DNA of 58,140 nt from an uncultured Candidatus Saccharibacteria bacterium (lineage in GTDB: Bacteria > Patescibacteriota > Minisyncoccia > Phycocordibacterales > UBA9973): assembly GCA_964571085.1 (NCBI GenBank), contig CAZMZT010000004.1, positions 1-58,140 on the forward strand, read 5' to 3'. Position 1 is the first letter of the stretch, and every line of letters begins with the position of its first letter. A program made the position numbers and the translations under genes. Below the pieces are notes generated by a model, which was given only the letters and a program-made list of their open reading frames with translations, had not been told where the DNA came from and ran no database searches. Shown here one piece after another: positions 43,954 to 53,504 of the stretch.

Positions 43954-44418
43954 CTATTGTATCTCAACTATAGTGTATTTGACTAGTCCCTTTGGAGTAT
44001 TGATAGACACAACATCACCTTTTGACTTGCCGAAGAGTGCTTCACCGAGTGGTGACTTGTTTGAAATCTTGTTTACAGTCATGTCTGCTTCTTCTGCACC
44101 TACGATGCTGTAAGTAACAGCTTCTTTGGTTCCCTCTTTCTTCACACTCACTGTAGTACCGATCTCTACTTTTGTAGAGTGGTGCTTCTTGACCACAACT
44201 GCATTCTGGAGCATGTACTCGATCTGGTTGATACGGTCTTCAGTCTTGCCCTGATCTTCACGTGCTTGGTGATACTCTGCGTTCTCTGAAAGGTCGCCAA
44301 GTGCTTTTGCAGACTCGAGTGACTCTAGGATTTCTTTGCGTTTAACTGTCTTTAATTGGTGTAGCTCCTCTTTAAGGGCTTCCTTTTTCTCAACTGTAAT
44401 ATAATTGATTTCGTCCAT
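43954..44418 (-). CDS. greA: transcription elongation factor GreA
   Basis: GDLSENAEYHQAREDQ and the C-terminal FKBP-like domain. Start taken at MDEINY, 9 nt after the -10 (near-leaderless); ORF Met 44427 is possible. Confidence 0.93.
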   Translation of the reverse strand: MDEINYITVEKKEALKEELHQLKTVKRKEILESLESAKALGDLSENAEYHQAREDQGKTEDRINQIEYMLQNAVVVKKHHSTKVEIGTTVSVKKEGTKEAVTYSIVGAEEADMTVNKISNKSPLGEALFGKSKGDVVSINTPKGLVKYTIVEIQ

Positions 44419-44427
44419 AATCGGCAT

Positions 44428-44456
44428 AGTATATAGGTTTCTGGGCGATATGTCAA
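44428..44456 (-). promoter_or_regulatory. promoter TTGACA-17-TATACT for greA-lysS
   Basis: On the minus strand, -35 is at 44451-44456 and -10 at 44428-44433. Confidence 0.65.
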
Positions 44457-44473
44457 AGCCTTTATATAATAAA

Positions 44474-44502
44474 TAAAAAGTACTCCCCTTGCGAGGAGTA
44501 CT
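44474..44502 (-). terminator. rho-independent terminator of the NlpC/P60 gene
   Basis: AGTACTCC / GGAGTACT stem followed by TTTTT on the minus strand. Confidence 0.75.
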
Positions 44503-44527
44503 CTGGAATAAGATGTACTTAAAATAT

Positions 44528-45343
44528 TTAATCTTCTGTTAAAAGGTCAGGTATAGTTTTTGCAAAAGCAAACTTGTGGGTTAGTTCATCGTCTATCCAG
44601 ATACCTTCAACATCGAATTCATCTACACAAACTTTACCATTACGAGAAGATGCATGTATAATCTTGCCTTTACTAAAGTATATACCGACATGGGCTATCT
44701 TGCCTTTTTGATTTTTAAAAAACAGCAGATCGCCTATTTTAGCATATTCAATGGTAACACCCATTGATGCCTGCATAGATGCGTCTCGCATTAGGTTAAA
44801 ACCAGCAAGTTGGTAAATAACTTGTGTAAAACCAGAGCAATCAATACCGAACTGCGATCTCCCACCCCAAAGATAAGGGGTGTTTATCAACTTTAATGAT
44901 GCTTTTACAAGATCAGACCTCGTTACAACTTTCTTTATGGCCTGATTACCACAATAATAGTTATACACATTTTCTTTTAATTCGATGACGGGCCTAAAGT
45001 CCGTTGAGTGCTCGGTAGGGATTGGTGATAAGGGTGCCCCAAATGGAAGGTGTATTCTTTCTCCTCCATGAACTTCTTCTAAGAAAGCCTGGTTGTCTGA
45101 AAAGTACACTGGTTGTATAGCTTTATAATGGTCAAATTCATCTTCATGAATACCATGAGCTTGGCTGGAATGAATCCAGCCACTATATCCATCATGAGCT
45201 GTTTCTATGTTTAACCAACCCTTATCTTGTGATAAAACTTTGGCAAGTTCACCAAAGCGCATCTGGGAAACCAACTCGGATAAATGAGAAGGTCCCTTTC
45301 TAATAGGAATAAGTGATAAATAACAAAGGATGTAATTTTTCAT
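44528..45343 (-). CDS. NlpC/P60 (C40) cell-wall peptidase with N-terminal SH3-like domains
   Basis: YLWGGRSQFGIDCSGFTQ (catalytic Cys) and HVGIY (His). The N-terminus SLIPIRKGPSHLSELVSQMRFGE is typical of SH3b-C40 proteins. Confidence 0.88.
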   Translation of the reverse strand: MKNYILCYLSLIPIRKGPSHLSELVSQMRFGELAKVLSQDKGWLNIETAHDGYSGWIHSSQAHGIHEDEFDHYKAIQPVYFSDNQAFLEEVHGGERIHLPFGAPLSPIPTEHSTDFRPVIELKENVYNYYCGNQAIKKVVTRSDLVKASLKLINTPYLWGGRSQFGIDCSGFTQVIYQLAGFNLMRDASMQASMGVTIEYAKIGDLLFFKNQKGKIAHVGIYFSKGKIIHASSRNGKVCVDEFDVEGIWIDDELTHKFAFAKTIPDLLTED

Positions 45344-45429
45344 ACACTATGCAGTTTTGAAGGTTAAGTAATGATCCTATTTAGGATTTGTTTAAAGGAA
45401 CAATACCACAAACTTTTACTTTAGTAAAA

Positions 45430-47127
45430 CTACTTCAAGTATTCCGGCGCATAGACGCTCATATAGTCCACTACCTCACTCATAACCCGTATGGCGTTGC
45501 CAGAGGCGGCTTTCGGGCCTCGTTCCATAAGGACTGCGAAGGCATACTTGGGATTCTCGTATGGGAAGAAACCTACAATCCAAGAGTTCGTATTTGTATT
45601 CCCAAGTCCAACCTGCGCAGTACCAGACTTGGCAGCAACTTTTACAGAAGGCAGGTTGAGTGCAGTGGCAGTGCCCTCGGTTACTGCTTGGCGCATACCT
45701 TCGTGTATAACTTTTAGGTTATCTTGATTTAGATTTAAGTAAGTTTTCTTGTCATCAAATGTCTTGTCACCCAGGAGAGTATGAGGGGTCAGTAGAGTCC
45801 CTCCGTTGGCAATACTAGCAACAGCTCTAGCCATCTGAACCGGAGTCACCTGGAAACCATACTGACCGATGGAGGTGTTGTATGTGTCACCCACGCGCCA
45901 TATCTCGCCTTTGAATGTCTTTGCCTTCCATTCTGGTGTAGGTATGGTGCCTGACTTTTCTCCGCCTATATCGATACCTGTTTTCTCAGCAATACCAAAC
46001 ATCTCCATATACTTATCTATGTTTACAATCCCCAAGCCTTTCTGATCTTGGAATCCACCTCCAATCTGATAGAAGTAAACGTCAGAAGACACAGCGATAG
46101 CTTCTGCCATATCTACATACCCGAAAACTCCGTGGTCGTTGAACACAGACTTCTTCTCAGGGAAATAAGGGTTCGGTATAGATATAGAGCCGTTTGAAAG
46201 AATCTGTTTAAATGGACTGATCACGCCTTCAACCAGAGCTCCATATGCAACAAAAGGTTTTACTATTGAACCAGGAGAATAGAGCCCAGACACGGCTCTG
46301 TTTAGAAACACTTTTCTTTTATCCGAAAAGTATCCGTTGATGGTCTTGCGGTCTTCACCAGCAGAAAGGATTGTAGGGTTATACTCGGGATAGCTTGTCA
46401 GGGCTAGTAGTTCACCGTTGGTTACATCCATTATCACCCCTGCCCCACCAGAGAAAGACGCACTACCTGCCATAGCCACAATCGAATCGTGCAACTTCTT
46501 CTGAACACCAGCATCAATAGCTAACACCATGTTGTCTCCAGCTTTGGGCGGGAGCACCATGTTCTCTGACTGAACTTTGCCACTTACATCTGTCTCTGTT
46601 ATACGGACACCGTTCTCGCCCGTGAGGTTGTCGTTGTAAGCTTTCTCTATGCCATCTTTACCTATGAATACATCTTGCCAATACTTACCAGAAGAATCCT
46701 TGGCAGGCGGACTGACATAGCCGAGCAAGAGCCCAAAGCCATGATCGCTAATGTACGTACGTTTGGGTGCTTGGAATTTATTTAGGTCATCTGTACTCCA
46801 AGTGTTCCATGCGAGTATCTTTTCTTTGCGGTCATATATGAGTCCACGGTCGGCAAAGATGGGCTGCTTGGCTAGAGTGTTGTTCTCGCTTTTTTTATAA
46901 AAAGCTTCACCCTTTACTATCTGGAGGTTGCCTAGTTTCCACATAAATATAACTCCGACAAAAATAAAAAAGGATCCGAGTATAACTATAGAACGCTTGG
47001 GAATAGGTTTCTCCAGGCGACCTTCAAACTGCTGAGTGTTGAAGTTCGGTAAGTTCCTCGAATCGAGGAATATCTCGTCCGGATCAATGTCTCGCCTTAT
47101 TCTTCTGTGATTGATTCTAAATTTCAT
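45430..47127 (-). CDS. mrdA: penicillin-binding protein 2 (class B, elongation type)
   Basis: SIVK (SxxK), SSD (SxN-equivalent), KSGTA; N-terminal anchor. Confidence 0.88.
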   Translation of the reverse strand: MKFRINHRRIRRDIDPDEIFLDSRNLPNFNTQQFEGRLEKPIPKRSIVILGSFFIFVGVIFMWKLGNLQIVKGEAFYKKSENNTLAKQPIFADRGLIYDRKEKILAWNTWSTDDLNKFQAPKRTYISDHGFGLLLGYVSPPAKDSSGKYWQDVFIGKDGIEKAYNDNLTGENGVRITETDVSGKVQSENMVLPPKAGDNMVLAIDAGVQKKLHDSIVAMAGSASFSGGAGVIMDVTNGELLALTSYPEYNPTILSAGEDRKTINGYFSDKRKVFLNRAVSGLYSPGSIVKPFVAYGALVEGVISPFKQILSNGSISIPNPYFPEKKSVFNDHGVFGYVDMAEAIAVSSDVYFYQIGGGFQDQKGLGIVNIDKYMEMFGIAEKTGIDIGGEKSGTIPTPEWKAKTFKGEIWRVGDTYNTSIGQYGFQVTPVQMARAVASIANGGTLLTPHTLLGDKTFDDKKTYLNLNQDNLKVIHEGMRQAVTEGTATALNLPSVKVAAKSGTAQVGLGNTNTNSWIVGFFPYENPKYAFAVLMERGPKAASGNAIRVMSEVVDYMSVYAPEYLK

Positions 47128-47422
47128 TCTTGTATAAAATAATATAACGCTTCAGTGCTTGGATACCTATATATACACCAACTAAGATGATCGGAAACCA
47201 TATATCCGATGCGATGATCCTGGGACCTGGTACAGCATATAGTATGTGCATGATCATACCTATAGCCAAGAATTCATAAAACTCTCGAAACATAAATATC
47301 CCTACGAGCACTAAAACAGTGCTGATCCACCAAGGTAAAATAAACACAGAGATCAATAGTATGATGTCGAAAATAACTCTCTTCATGAGAGTATTATATG
47401 CTAGAGAGTGCTTAATTGACAA
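47117..47422 (-). CDS. hypothetical small polytopic membrane protein (MreD-position)
   Basis: About 3 TM helices. Overlaps the mrdA start by 11 nt. The start may instead be the internal MKRVIFD. Confidence 0.55.
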   Translation of the reverse strand: MSIKHSLAYNTLMKRVIFDIILLISVFILPWWISTVLVLVGIFMFREFYEFLAIGMIMHILYAVPGPRIIASDIWFPIILVGVYIGIQALKRYIILYKNEI

Positions 47423-47425
47423 ACA

Positions 47426-48229
47426 TTATCTCCTATGTCGTATCTTGCGATAGATAAAGCGGAGCACGAGAAACAATATCAATAAAGATAGTCCGTAGAA
47501 AACTAATTTACTCCCAAAGACAAATCCTACAATCGAAAGTAAGAACAGCTTTATGTATGCGATCGGCTTCTCTGTAGCATCCAAGGGCTTCTGCCCTGTA
47601 TTTACTCCTTCTTTAGTGATACTGCCTTGTCCTTCTAGCTGGTCTATCTCTTGCTTGGTTTTTTCTTTCGAGGTATCTACATCCTGATCTATACGAAGCC
47701 GCATAGATTCAACAGGACTGAAAGTATCTGCTATAGATGTGGTAAGTGATTCGGGGATAGCGATCTGATCTTTGACTAATTTAGTATTTGAAGCATCTTC
47801 ATCCTTGGCATTCTTTACTGATACTGGCACAAATATCTTGTCGCTCTTGGTTGATGTACGCTCGAGGACTACCTTCTCGCTCTTGCCACCTGTGGTAGTG
47901 TTTGAAGAAATAATCTTGGCAGATATAGTGTGATCGCCAGAAGTTACTTTCCACGATATAGACACATCCTTCAGTGAAGACTTATCGACAACTACATCGC
48001 GAGTGCCTAGCACGACGTTCTTGTCATAGAACTCTACTTTTGCAGAGAGTGGTTTGTCATCGGCATTCCATACTGCTGTATATATCTTGACTGTGTCACC
48101 TTCTACGAGGGGTTCATGTGAGTACCAGATAGAGCCAGGTATGAACCCGGTCGTTGTCGGAGCTTCTGCAAAAACAAAGTTAGCAGAAAGTACAAAAACT
48201 AAAATTGGAATTAATAGATATTTCAACAT
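47426..48229 (-). CDS. hypothetical secreted protein with C-terminal membrane anchor
   Basis: Signal peptide MLKYLLIPILVFVLSANFVFA, a beta-rich domain, and a C-terminal TM helix plus RKIRHRR. Confidence 0.6.
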   Translation of the reverse strand: MLKYLLIPILVFVLSANFVFAEAPTTTGFIPGSIWYSHEPLVEGDTVKIYTAVWNADDKPLSAKVEFYDKNVVLGTRDVVVDKSSLKDVSISWKVTSGDHTISAKIISSNTTTGGKSEKVVLERTSTKSDKIFVPVSVKNAKDEDASNTKLVKDQIAIPESLTTSIADTFSPVESMRLRIDQDVDTSKEKTKQEIDQLEGQGSITKEGVNTGQKPLDATEKPIAYIKLFLLSIVGFVFGSKLVFYGLSLLILFLVLRFIYRKIRHRR

Positions 48230-48253
48230 TCAAGTCTTGTCATTATAACATAT

Positions 48254-49573
48254 TTATTTTTTCAAGATGTTGTCACCTACTTTCCATGCTTCACCTGCAC
48301 CCATGGTTACTATGATGTCTTTGTTGTTCATGCTTGCGAGCCATATATCTAGGTATTTCTCTGCACTAGCAAAATCAGTAAAGGCTTGCGCATTGCCACC
48401 ATTTTTATTTATCTCAGTTGCGAGCACTTCAGATGACACTGTGCCATCGTCTTCTTCGCGCGCATGGTAAATAGGTAGGAGTACAGCTGCATCAGCATCA
48501 GAGAAACTCTTGGCAAAGTCTACGAGCAACAGCTTAGTACGACTGAAAAGGTGCGGCTGGAAAACTACTGTTATATTCCATCCATCGGCTTTCGGATAAA
48601 GCTCGCGGAATCCTGATAGTGTGGCGACTATCTCTACCGGATGGTGAGCATAGTCGTCGTAGATGAGTACGTCGTTGCTAGTCTTGCCTTTGTATTCAAA
48701 ACGTCGCCATGTACCAGGGAATGATTCAAGTGAAGTGTTGGCATCTGTGTACGATACAGCGAGTATAGATGCAACTGCAAACGCAGCGGCTGCATCCTTC
48801 TTGTTGTGAACTCCTGGGACTTTGAGTTTAATACTTGGATTAAAGAAATCCTGATAATTTATGACTTTGGCATTTATATCAACAACGACATCGGCAATGT
48901 TTTCATCGCTTGGATCACAAACTACGAATCCACCGGCAGGCACTTTCATCGCAAGCTCTCGAAACGCACTCTTTATATCTGCGATGTCTTTATAGTAGTC
49001 AAGGTGATCTTCATCGATGTTGGTAATGACTAAGATATTGGGATTGATGTTTAGAAATGAACGTCTATATTCGCATGCTTCAACTACAAACAAATCGCTC
49101 TGTCCTGCGATGAAGTTACTCTTCTCTCCTATCAATAAACTTCCAACGATTACTGTGGGGTCTTTTTTTGCATCCCTTAGAATCCCTGCAATCATAGCTG
49201 TAGTTGTAGTCTTGCCGTGAGTACCTGCGACTGCGATGGTGTACTTGCCTCCTGTCACTATCGAGAGCATCTCTGGGTATGAACGGATAGGGATTGATTG
49301 CTCTTTCAGTTGTGCAAATAACTTCGGATCGTAATTCTCTATCGCTATGGTATATACAATAAGATCAGCATCGGGTGGAATGCTCTCATATGATTGTCCT
49401 ATTGCTATATCTGCACCAGCCCTGCGAAGCTCTGCAATGATCTCTGAGTCCTCCATGTCTTGGCCACTCACCTTCTTCCCTTCACCTAGCATCATCCGCG
49501 CGATTGCCGAAATACCAATACCGCCAATGCCGATAAAGTGAACGTGTTTGATTGTTTTTAAATCTATAGCCAT
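48254..49573 (-). CDS. murC: UDP-N-acetylmuramate--L-alanine ligase
   Basis: HFIGIGGIGISAIA and AGTHGKTTTTAM. Confidence 0.95.
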   Translation of the reverse strand: MAIDLKTIKHVHFIGIGGIGISAIARMMLGEGKKVSGQDMEDSEIIAELRRAGADIAIGQSYESIPPDADLIVYTIAIENYDPKLFAQLKEQSIPIRSYPEMLSIVTGGKYTIAVAGTHGKTTTTAMIAGILRDAKKDPTVIVGSLLIGEKSNFIAGQSDLFVVEACEYRRSFLNINPNILVITNIDEDHLDYYKDIADIKSAFRELAMKVPAGGFVVCDPSDENIADVVVDINAKVINYQDFFNPSIKLKVPGVHNKKDAAAAFAVASILAVSYTDANTSLESFPGTWRRFEYKGKTSNDVLIYDDYAHHPVEIVATLSGFRELYPKADGWNITVVFQPHLFSRTKLLLVDFAKSFSDADAAVLLPIYHAREEDDGTVSSEVLATEINKNGGNAQAFTDFASAEKYLDIWLASMNNKDIIVTMGAGEAWKVGDNILKK

Positions 49574-49576
49574 ATT

Positions 49577-50362
49577 TTATTTTAATTTCTTTAACCACTT
49601 ATCAAGTATGCTCCTAAGTTGATTTAAATCTTTTTCTTCTTTGAATGTATGTGGTGCATCTTTTATTATATGCAACTCTTTATACGTTTCTTTAGGTATT
49701 AAATCATAAAGTGCTTGCTGATCACTTACAGGACAAGAAGTATCATTCTCGCCTACAATCAAAACTACAGGCATTATAAGTTTAGAAACATTAGTCCTGA
49801 GGTCATGATTCAATCGTTCTTCCATATGAGACCAAGGTAGTCTTTTTACAATATCTGGCTTGGAAACGCTTTTTCTTATAATCCAGCCTGTTTCTTTCCA
49901 ACTATTAAAATCTGCAGAATTATATTTCTTGTTAGATTCGAAAGAAAATTTACCAGAAACCATGGGAGCTTTCGCAAACACTCCTTTTACTAATTTAGGA
50001 TTCTCTTCTGAATACCTAACTACTGAGTACCCGCCTAGACTTGACCCAACAAGAATAAAAGGTTCTTTGTACCAAGATTCGCCTTTGGTCCAATTTATAA
50101 CATCAATAAGGTCTTCATAGTGTAGCTGAGTGGTCGCATCTTCGTATTTACCATCACTTTCTCCAACTGAATTAGTGGCATCAAAACTAATTACAATATA
50201 ATTATTCTTTACTAGAGTATCCACTGTTGCTACGATAGAAACCTGCTCCTTAAAACCACCTAATCCATGTTCTATAAACGCTAGCCCGATCGGGTTTTCT
50301 GGTATATGTAATTCTCCGACTATTTTTAACCCATATCTATTTTTTATTTCAAATTTTTCCAT
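49577..50362 (-). CDS. alpha/beta-fold hydrolase embedded between murD and murC
   Basis: Nucleophile elbow GSSLGG; 261 aa. Gaps of 1 and 3 nt to the flanking mur genes. Confidence 0.75.
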   Translation of the reverse strand: MEKFEIKNRYGLKIVGELHIPENPIGLAFIEHGLGGFKEQVSIVATVDTLVKNNYIVISFDATNSVGESDGKYEDATTQLHYEDLIDVINWTKGESWYKEPFILVGSSLGGYSVVRYSEENPKLVKGVFAKAPMVSGKFSFESNKKYNSADFNSWKETGWIIRKSVSKPDIVKRLPWSHMEERLNHDLRTNVSKLIMPVVLIVGENDTSCPVSDQQALYDLIPKETYKELHIIKDAPHTFKEEKDLNQLRSILDKWLKKLK

Positions 50363-50363
50363 A

Positions 50364-51695
50364 TTATTTTAACTTCTCTACTATCTTCATAAACTGGTCA
50401 TTACGGTCATATTCATTGGTGAACATTCCAAATGATGCAAATGCTGGAGAGAATAGGACAATGTCGCCTTTTTTTGCGAGCCCTGAAGCAAGCTCCGCTC
50501 CTTCTCTTAAACTAGATACAACTCTGTATGGAGTTTTCAATTTATTCTCTAGTAGTAATACTTCTGTTCCTGTGCCATCAAATAAAACAACGTCTTTGCA
50601 ATACTTATCGATAGCTTTTGCCAATCCACTTGTTTGGAGGCCCTTACTAGCTCCACCAGCTATAAGTATAATATTTTTTTTGCCACCTAGGGCTTCTAGA
50701 CCTGAAATCGTGGCTTCTGGAGTTGTAGCATTGTTGTCGTTGTAAATCTTTACACCTTTTACAGTTTTCACGTATTGAAGTCGGCCTTCTACACCTTTGA
50801 AGTTCTTTATTACTTTCTTTATTGAACTCTCTGGTATTTTAAACAACTTGGCGACTTCTACTGCACAAGCAAGGTTTTCAAGCTGGTTTGTGCCTGGAAC
50901 AATAAAGTTATATTTTTCTACACCTTTTGCTCTAACAACTATCAATTTCGATTTAATAGTTTTAGGAATTAACTTCTTCATACCTGGACGGATTACTAGG
51001 GTGTCGCCTTTCTTCTGGTATTTAAATATATTAGCCTTATCAGTAAAATATTTTTTCATATCATCTTTATAATAATTCATATGGTCTGGCATAAATGAAG
51101 TAAAGACGGAGATGTGCGGAGAAGTTTTCGCTTCACCAAAACCCTGCAATTGCCATGAGTCGAGTTCTAGGACCACTATGTCCCCTGCTTTCACTTTAGT
51201 AAGTAGTGGAAGAGTGGCTCCACCGCGAATATTGCCACCTGCGTAGACTTTGCATTTCAGTAGCTTTTCATTGGCTTTCAATAACTCATATATAAGCATG
51301 GTGGTCATGGTCTTGCCACGAGTGCCTGTGACCCCGATGATTTGGACTTCGGGTGCTAACTGTTCAAACAGTGATGCATCCATCTCGACTGGGATTTTGT
51401 TCTTCTTGGCTTCTTTAATATAAATTGAATCAAGTGGTACACCTCCAGACTTTATAACCATATCAACATTCTTGAAGTCAGAAAGCTTATGCTCACCCAA
51501 CACATAGCGAATGTTTTTATACTTTGAAAGTTCTTTTAAAGATGATGCTAGTTGATCCTTGGTCTTTAAATCAGTGACAGTAAGTATTGCTCCGCATTCT
51601 GCCAAGAACTTCGTATACGCAATAGACCGCCCAAGAAGCCCTAGCCCCATGACTGTAATCTTCTTGTTCTTAAAATATTTTTTGTAGTCAGTCAT
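50364..51695 (-). CDS. murD: UDP-N-acetylmuramoylalanine--D-glutamate ligase
   Basis: VMGLGLLGRS Rossmann-like start and GVTGTRGKTMTT. Confidence 0.93.
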   Translation of the reverse strand: MTDYKKYFKNKKITVMGLGLLGRSIAYTKFLAECGAILTVTDLKTKDQLASSLKELSKYKNIRYVLGEHKLSDFKNVDMVIKSGGVPLDSIYIKEAKKNKIPVEMDASLFEQLAPEVQIIGVTGTRGKTMTTMLIYELLKANEKLLKCKVYAGGNIRGGATLPLLTKVKAGDIVVLELDSWQLQGFGEAKTSPHISVFTSFMPDHMNYYKDDMKKYFTDKANIFKYQKKGDTLVIRPGMKKLIPKTIKSKLIVVRAKGVEKYNFIVPGTNQLENLACAVEVAKLFKIPESSIKKVIKNFKGVEGRLQYVKTVKGVKIYNDNNATTPEATISGLEALGGKKNIILIAGGASKGLQTSGLAKAIDKYCKDVVLFDGTGTEVLLLENKLKTPYRVVSSLREGAELASGLAKKGDIVLFSPAFASFGMFTNEYDRNDQFMKIVEKLK

Positions 51696-51696
51696 A

Positions 51697-52872
51697 TTAT
51701 TTTAAATACTTCTTTAGTTCCTCCATGTCATCAAAATGGTTTTTGACTCCATTAACTTCTTGGTAGTTCTCGTGGCCCTTGCCTGCAACGAGTATATAGT
51801 CACCGGGCTTGGCTATACCACAAGCCTTTATTATGGCATCCTTACGATCGTTTACAATGTAAACTTTGTCTTGAGAAAGGCTACTGATTCCGTGCCTCAT
51901 ATCCTCTAAGATAGCCTCTGGGTTTTCAGTTCTAGGGTTATCTGATGTGAGTATGATTATGTCACTCATATTATATCCAATATGAGCCATTATTGGGCGC
52001 TTGGTGCGGTCACGGTCGCCACCACAACCAAACACTGCAATAACCCGGCCTTTTTGTTTTATTCCTTGGATTGTCTTTAGAACATTCTCGAGTGCATCAG
52101 GTGTGTGTGCATAGTCTACAACCGCTATCACACCAGAAGGGCTAGTGAGTGCGACGAATCGCCCAGGAGCTGGCTCCAACTTCTTGATCTCTTCCTTAAC
52201 TTTCTCTTTGTCTTGGTCAAGTAACACTGCAGTGGCATATATACCTAAGATATTGTAAGCATTGAACTCACCGATGAGTTTAGTTTCTAGGTGATCAGTA
52301 AAGTCCGCATCGTTCTTCCGTGAGTATGTATATTTTTTTGCTTTTATCCCTTCAACCATCTTTGCTCCATAAGAATCATCTATATTGGTAAGCGCAAACG
52401 CACCACTTGGGAGCATCTGGAAAAACTTCTTCTTGGCTTGGAAGTAATTATCAAAGTTCTGGTGATAGTCGAGGTGGTCATGAGTGAGGTTTGTAAATAC
52501 TCCTCCAGCAAATGTGACCCCTGCTACCCTGCCCTGGTCCATCGCATGTGAAGACACTTCCATAAAGCAGTACTCACACCCTGCATCTACCATTTTGTTC
52601 AACAAATTATTTAGTTCTATAGGTCCTGGAGTTGTGTTCTTGGCTTCAAACTTTTCATCGTTGATCTTGTTTACGACTGTGCCGATCATCCCAGCTTTGT
52701 AACCCATGTTGCGGAAAAGCTGATGTAGAAGTGTGGCTGTAGTGGTCTTGCCATTTGTACCAGTGACTCCTATGACTTTAATCTTGCGAGATGGGTTACC
52801 ATAAAAGTGGAGAGTTGCAAGTAGCGCCACCCATTTCCTCCTTAGTTTTAATTTTTTGAATAAGTTATTCAT
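51697..52872 (-). CDS. murE: UDP-N-acetylmuramoyl-L-alanyl-D-glutamate--2,6-diaminopimelate ligase (short N-terminus)
   Basis: GVTGTNGKTTT, with the DNPR motif (DNPRTENP) indicating meso-DAP specificity. Start at 52872 (ATGAATAA overlap with the cmk stop) or 52899. Confidence 0.9.
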   Translation of the reverse strand: MNNLFKKLKLRRKWVALLATLHFYGNPSRKIKVIGVTGTNGKTTTATLLHQLFRNMGYKAGMIGTVVNKINDEKFEAKNTTPGPIELNNLLNKMVDAGCEYCFMEVSSHAMDQGRVAGVTFAGGVFTNLTHDHLDYHQNFDNYFQAKKKFFQMLPSGAFALTNIDDSYGAKMVEGIKAKKYTYSRKNDADFTDHLETKLIGEFNAYNILGIYATAVLLDQDKEKVKEEIKKLEPAPGRFVALTSPSGVIAVVDYAHTPDALENVLKTIQGIKQKGRVIAVFGCGGDRDRTKRPIMAHIGYNMSDIIILTSDNPRTENPEAILEDMRHGISSLSQDKVYIVNDRKDAIIKACGIAKPGDYILVAGKGHENYQEVNGVKNHFDDMEELKKYLK

Positions 52873-53446
52873 TGGCGAGCCATTTTTTATATTCTTCAAC
52901 TATCTTATTGGCTACAGCTTCAAGAGGTAAAGCACCTGTATTGATCACAAGGTCATAGTTTGAAGGAGCTCGGTGGTCTTCTATGCCGTAGAGTTCTTTG
53001 TACCTCTTACGTTCACTGGCAAGTCTATCTTCTATAGATTTAGATATACTTTCAACAGAATCAAATTTATCTTTTGTCTCTTTATGGCGATTTGGATTAA
53101 CTTCTGCGTCTTTGAGTATACGCTCTGCAGCAATATGAGGCTCAAGCTCAAGAGATACCTTGAAAGCATCTGGGATAAAATGAAACCCGAGTCGTGAATC
53201 GATGAGGATATCACTTTCCTGACCAAGCTCACGATTCTTGTCATCAAGTGCGGTATCTACAGTCGGATCTGTTTCTGATATTTTACTTAATTCTTCAAGT
53301 GAGACACCGCGCTCTGATGCAATAGCTCGCATAAAGTCACCATTGGAATGGAATTTATAACCAAGGAGCTCTACTACCCTTCTAGATGTAGAGGACTTGC
53401 CACTACCGAGTGATCCAGCAATAGTAATGATGTGCTTTTTTGCCAT
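52865..53446 (-). CDS. cmk: cytidylate kinase, archaeal-type family
   Basis: ITIAGSLGSGKSS P-loop; RKRYKELYGIED...YDLVINT. Start taken at MAKKHI. Confidence 0.8.
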   Translation of the reverse strand: MAKKHIITIAGSLGSGKSSTSRRVVELLGYKFHSNGDFMRAIASERGVSLEELSKISETDPTVDTALDDKNRELGQESDILIDSRLGFHFIPDAFKVSLELEPHIAAERILKDAEVNPNRHKETKDKFDSVESISKSIEDRLASERKRYKELYGIEDHRAPSNYDLVINTGALPLEAVANKIVEEYKKWLANE

Positions 53447-53504
53447 ATAGAACCAGATTAACATAAAAATGGTCAAATAAAAACCCTTATGCTATAGTGC
53501 TTTT

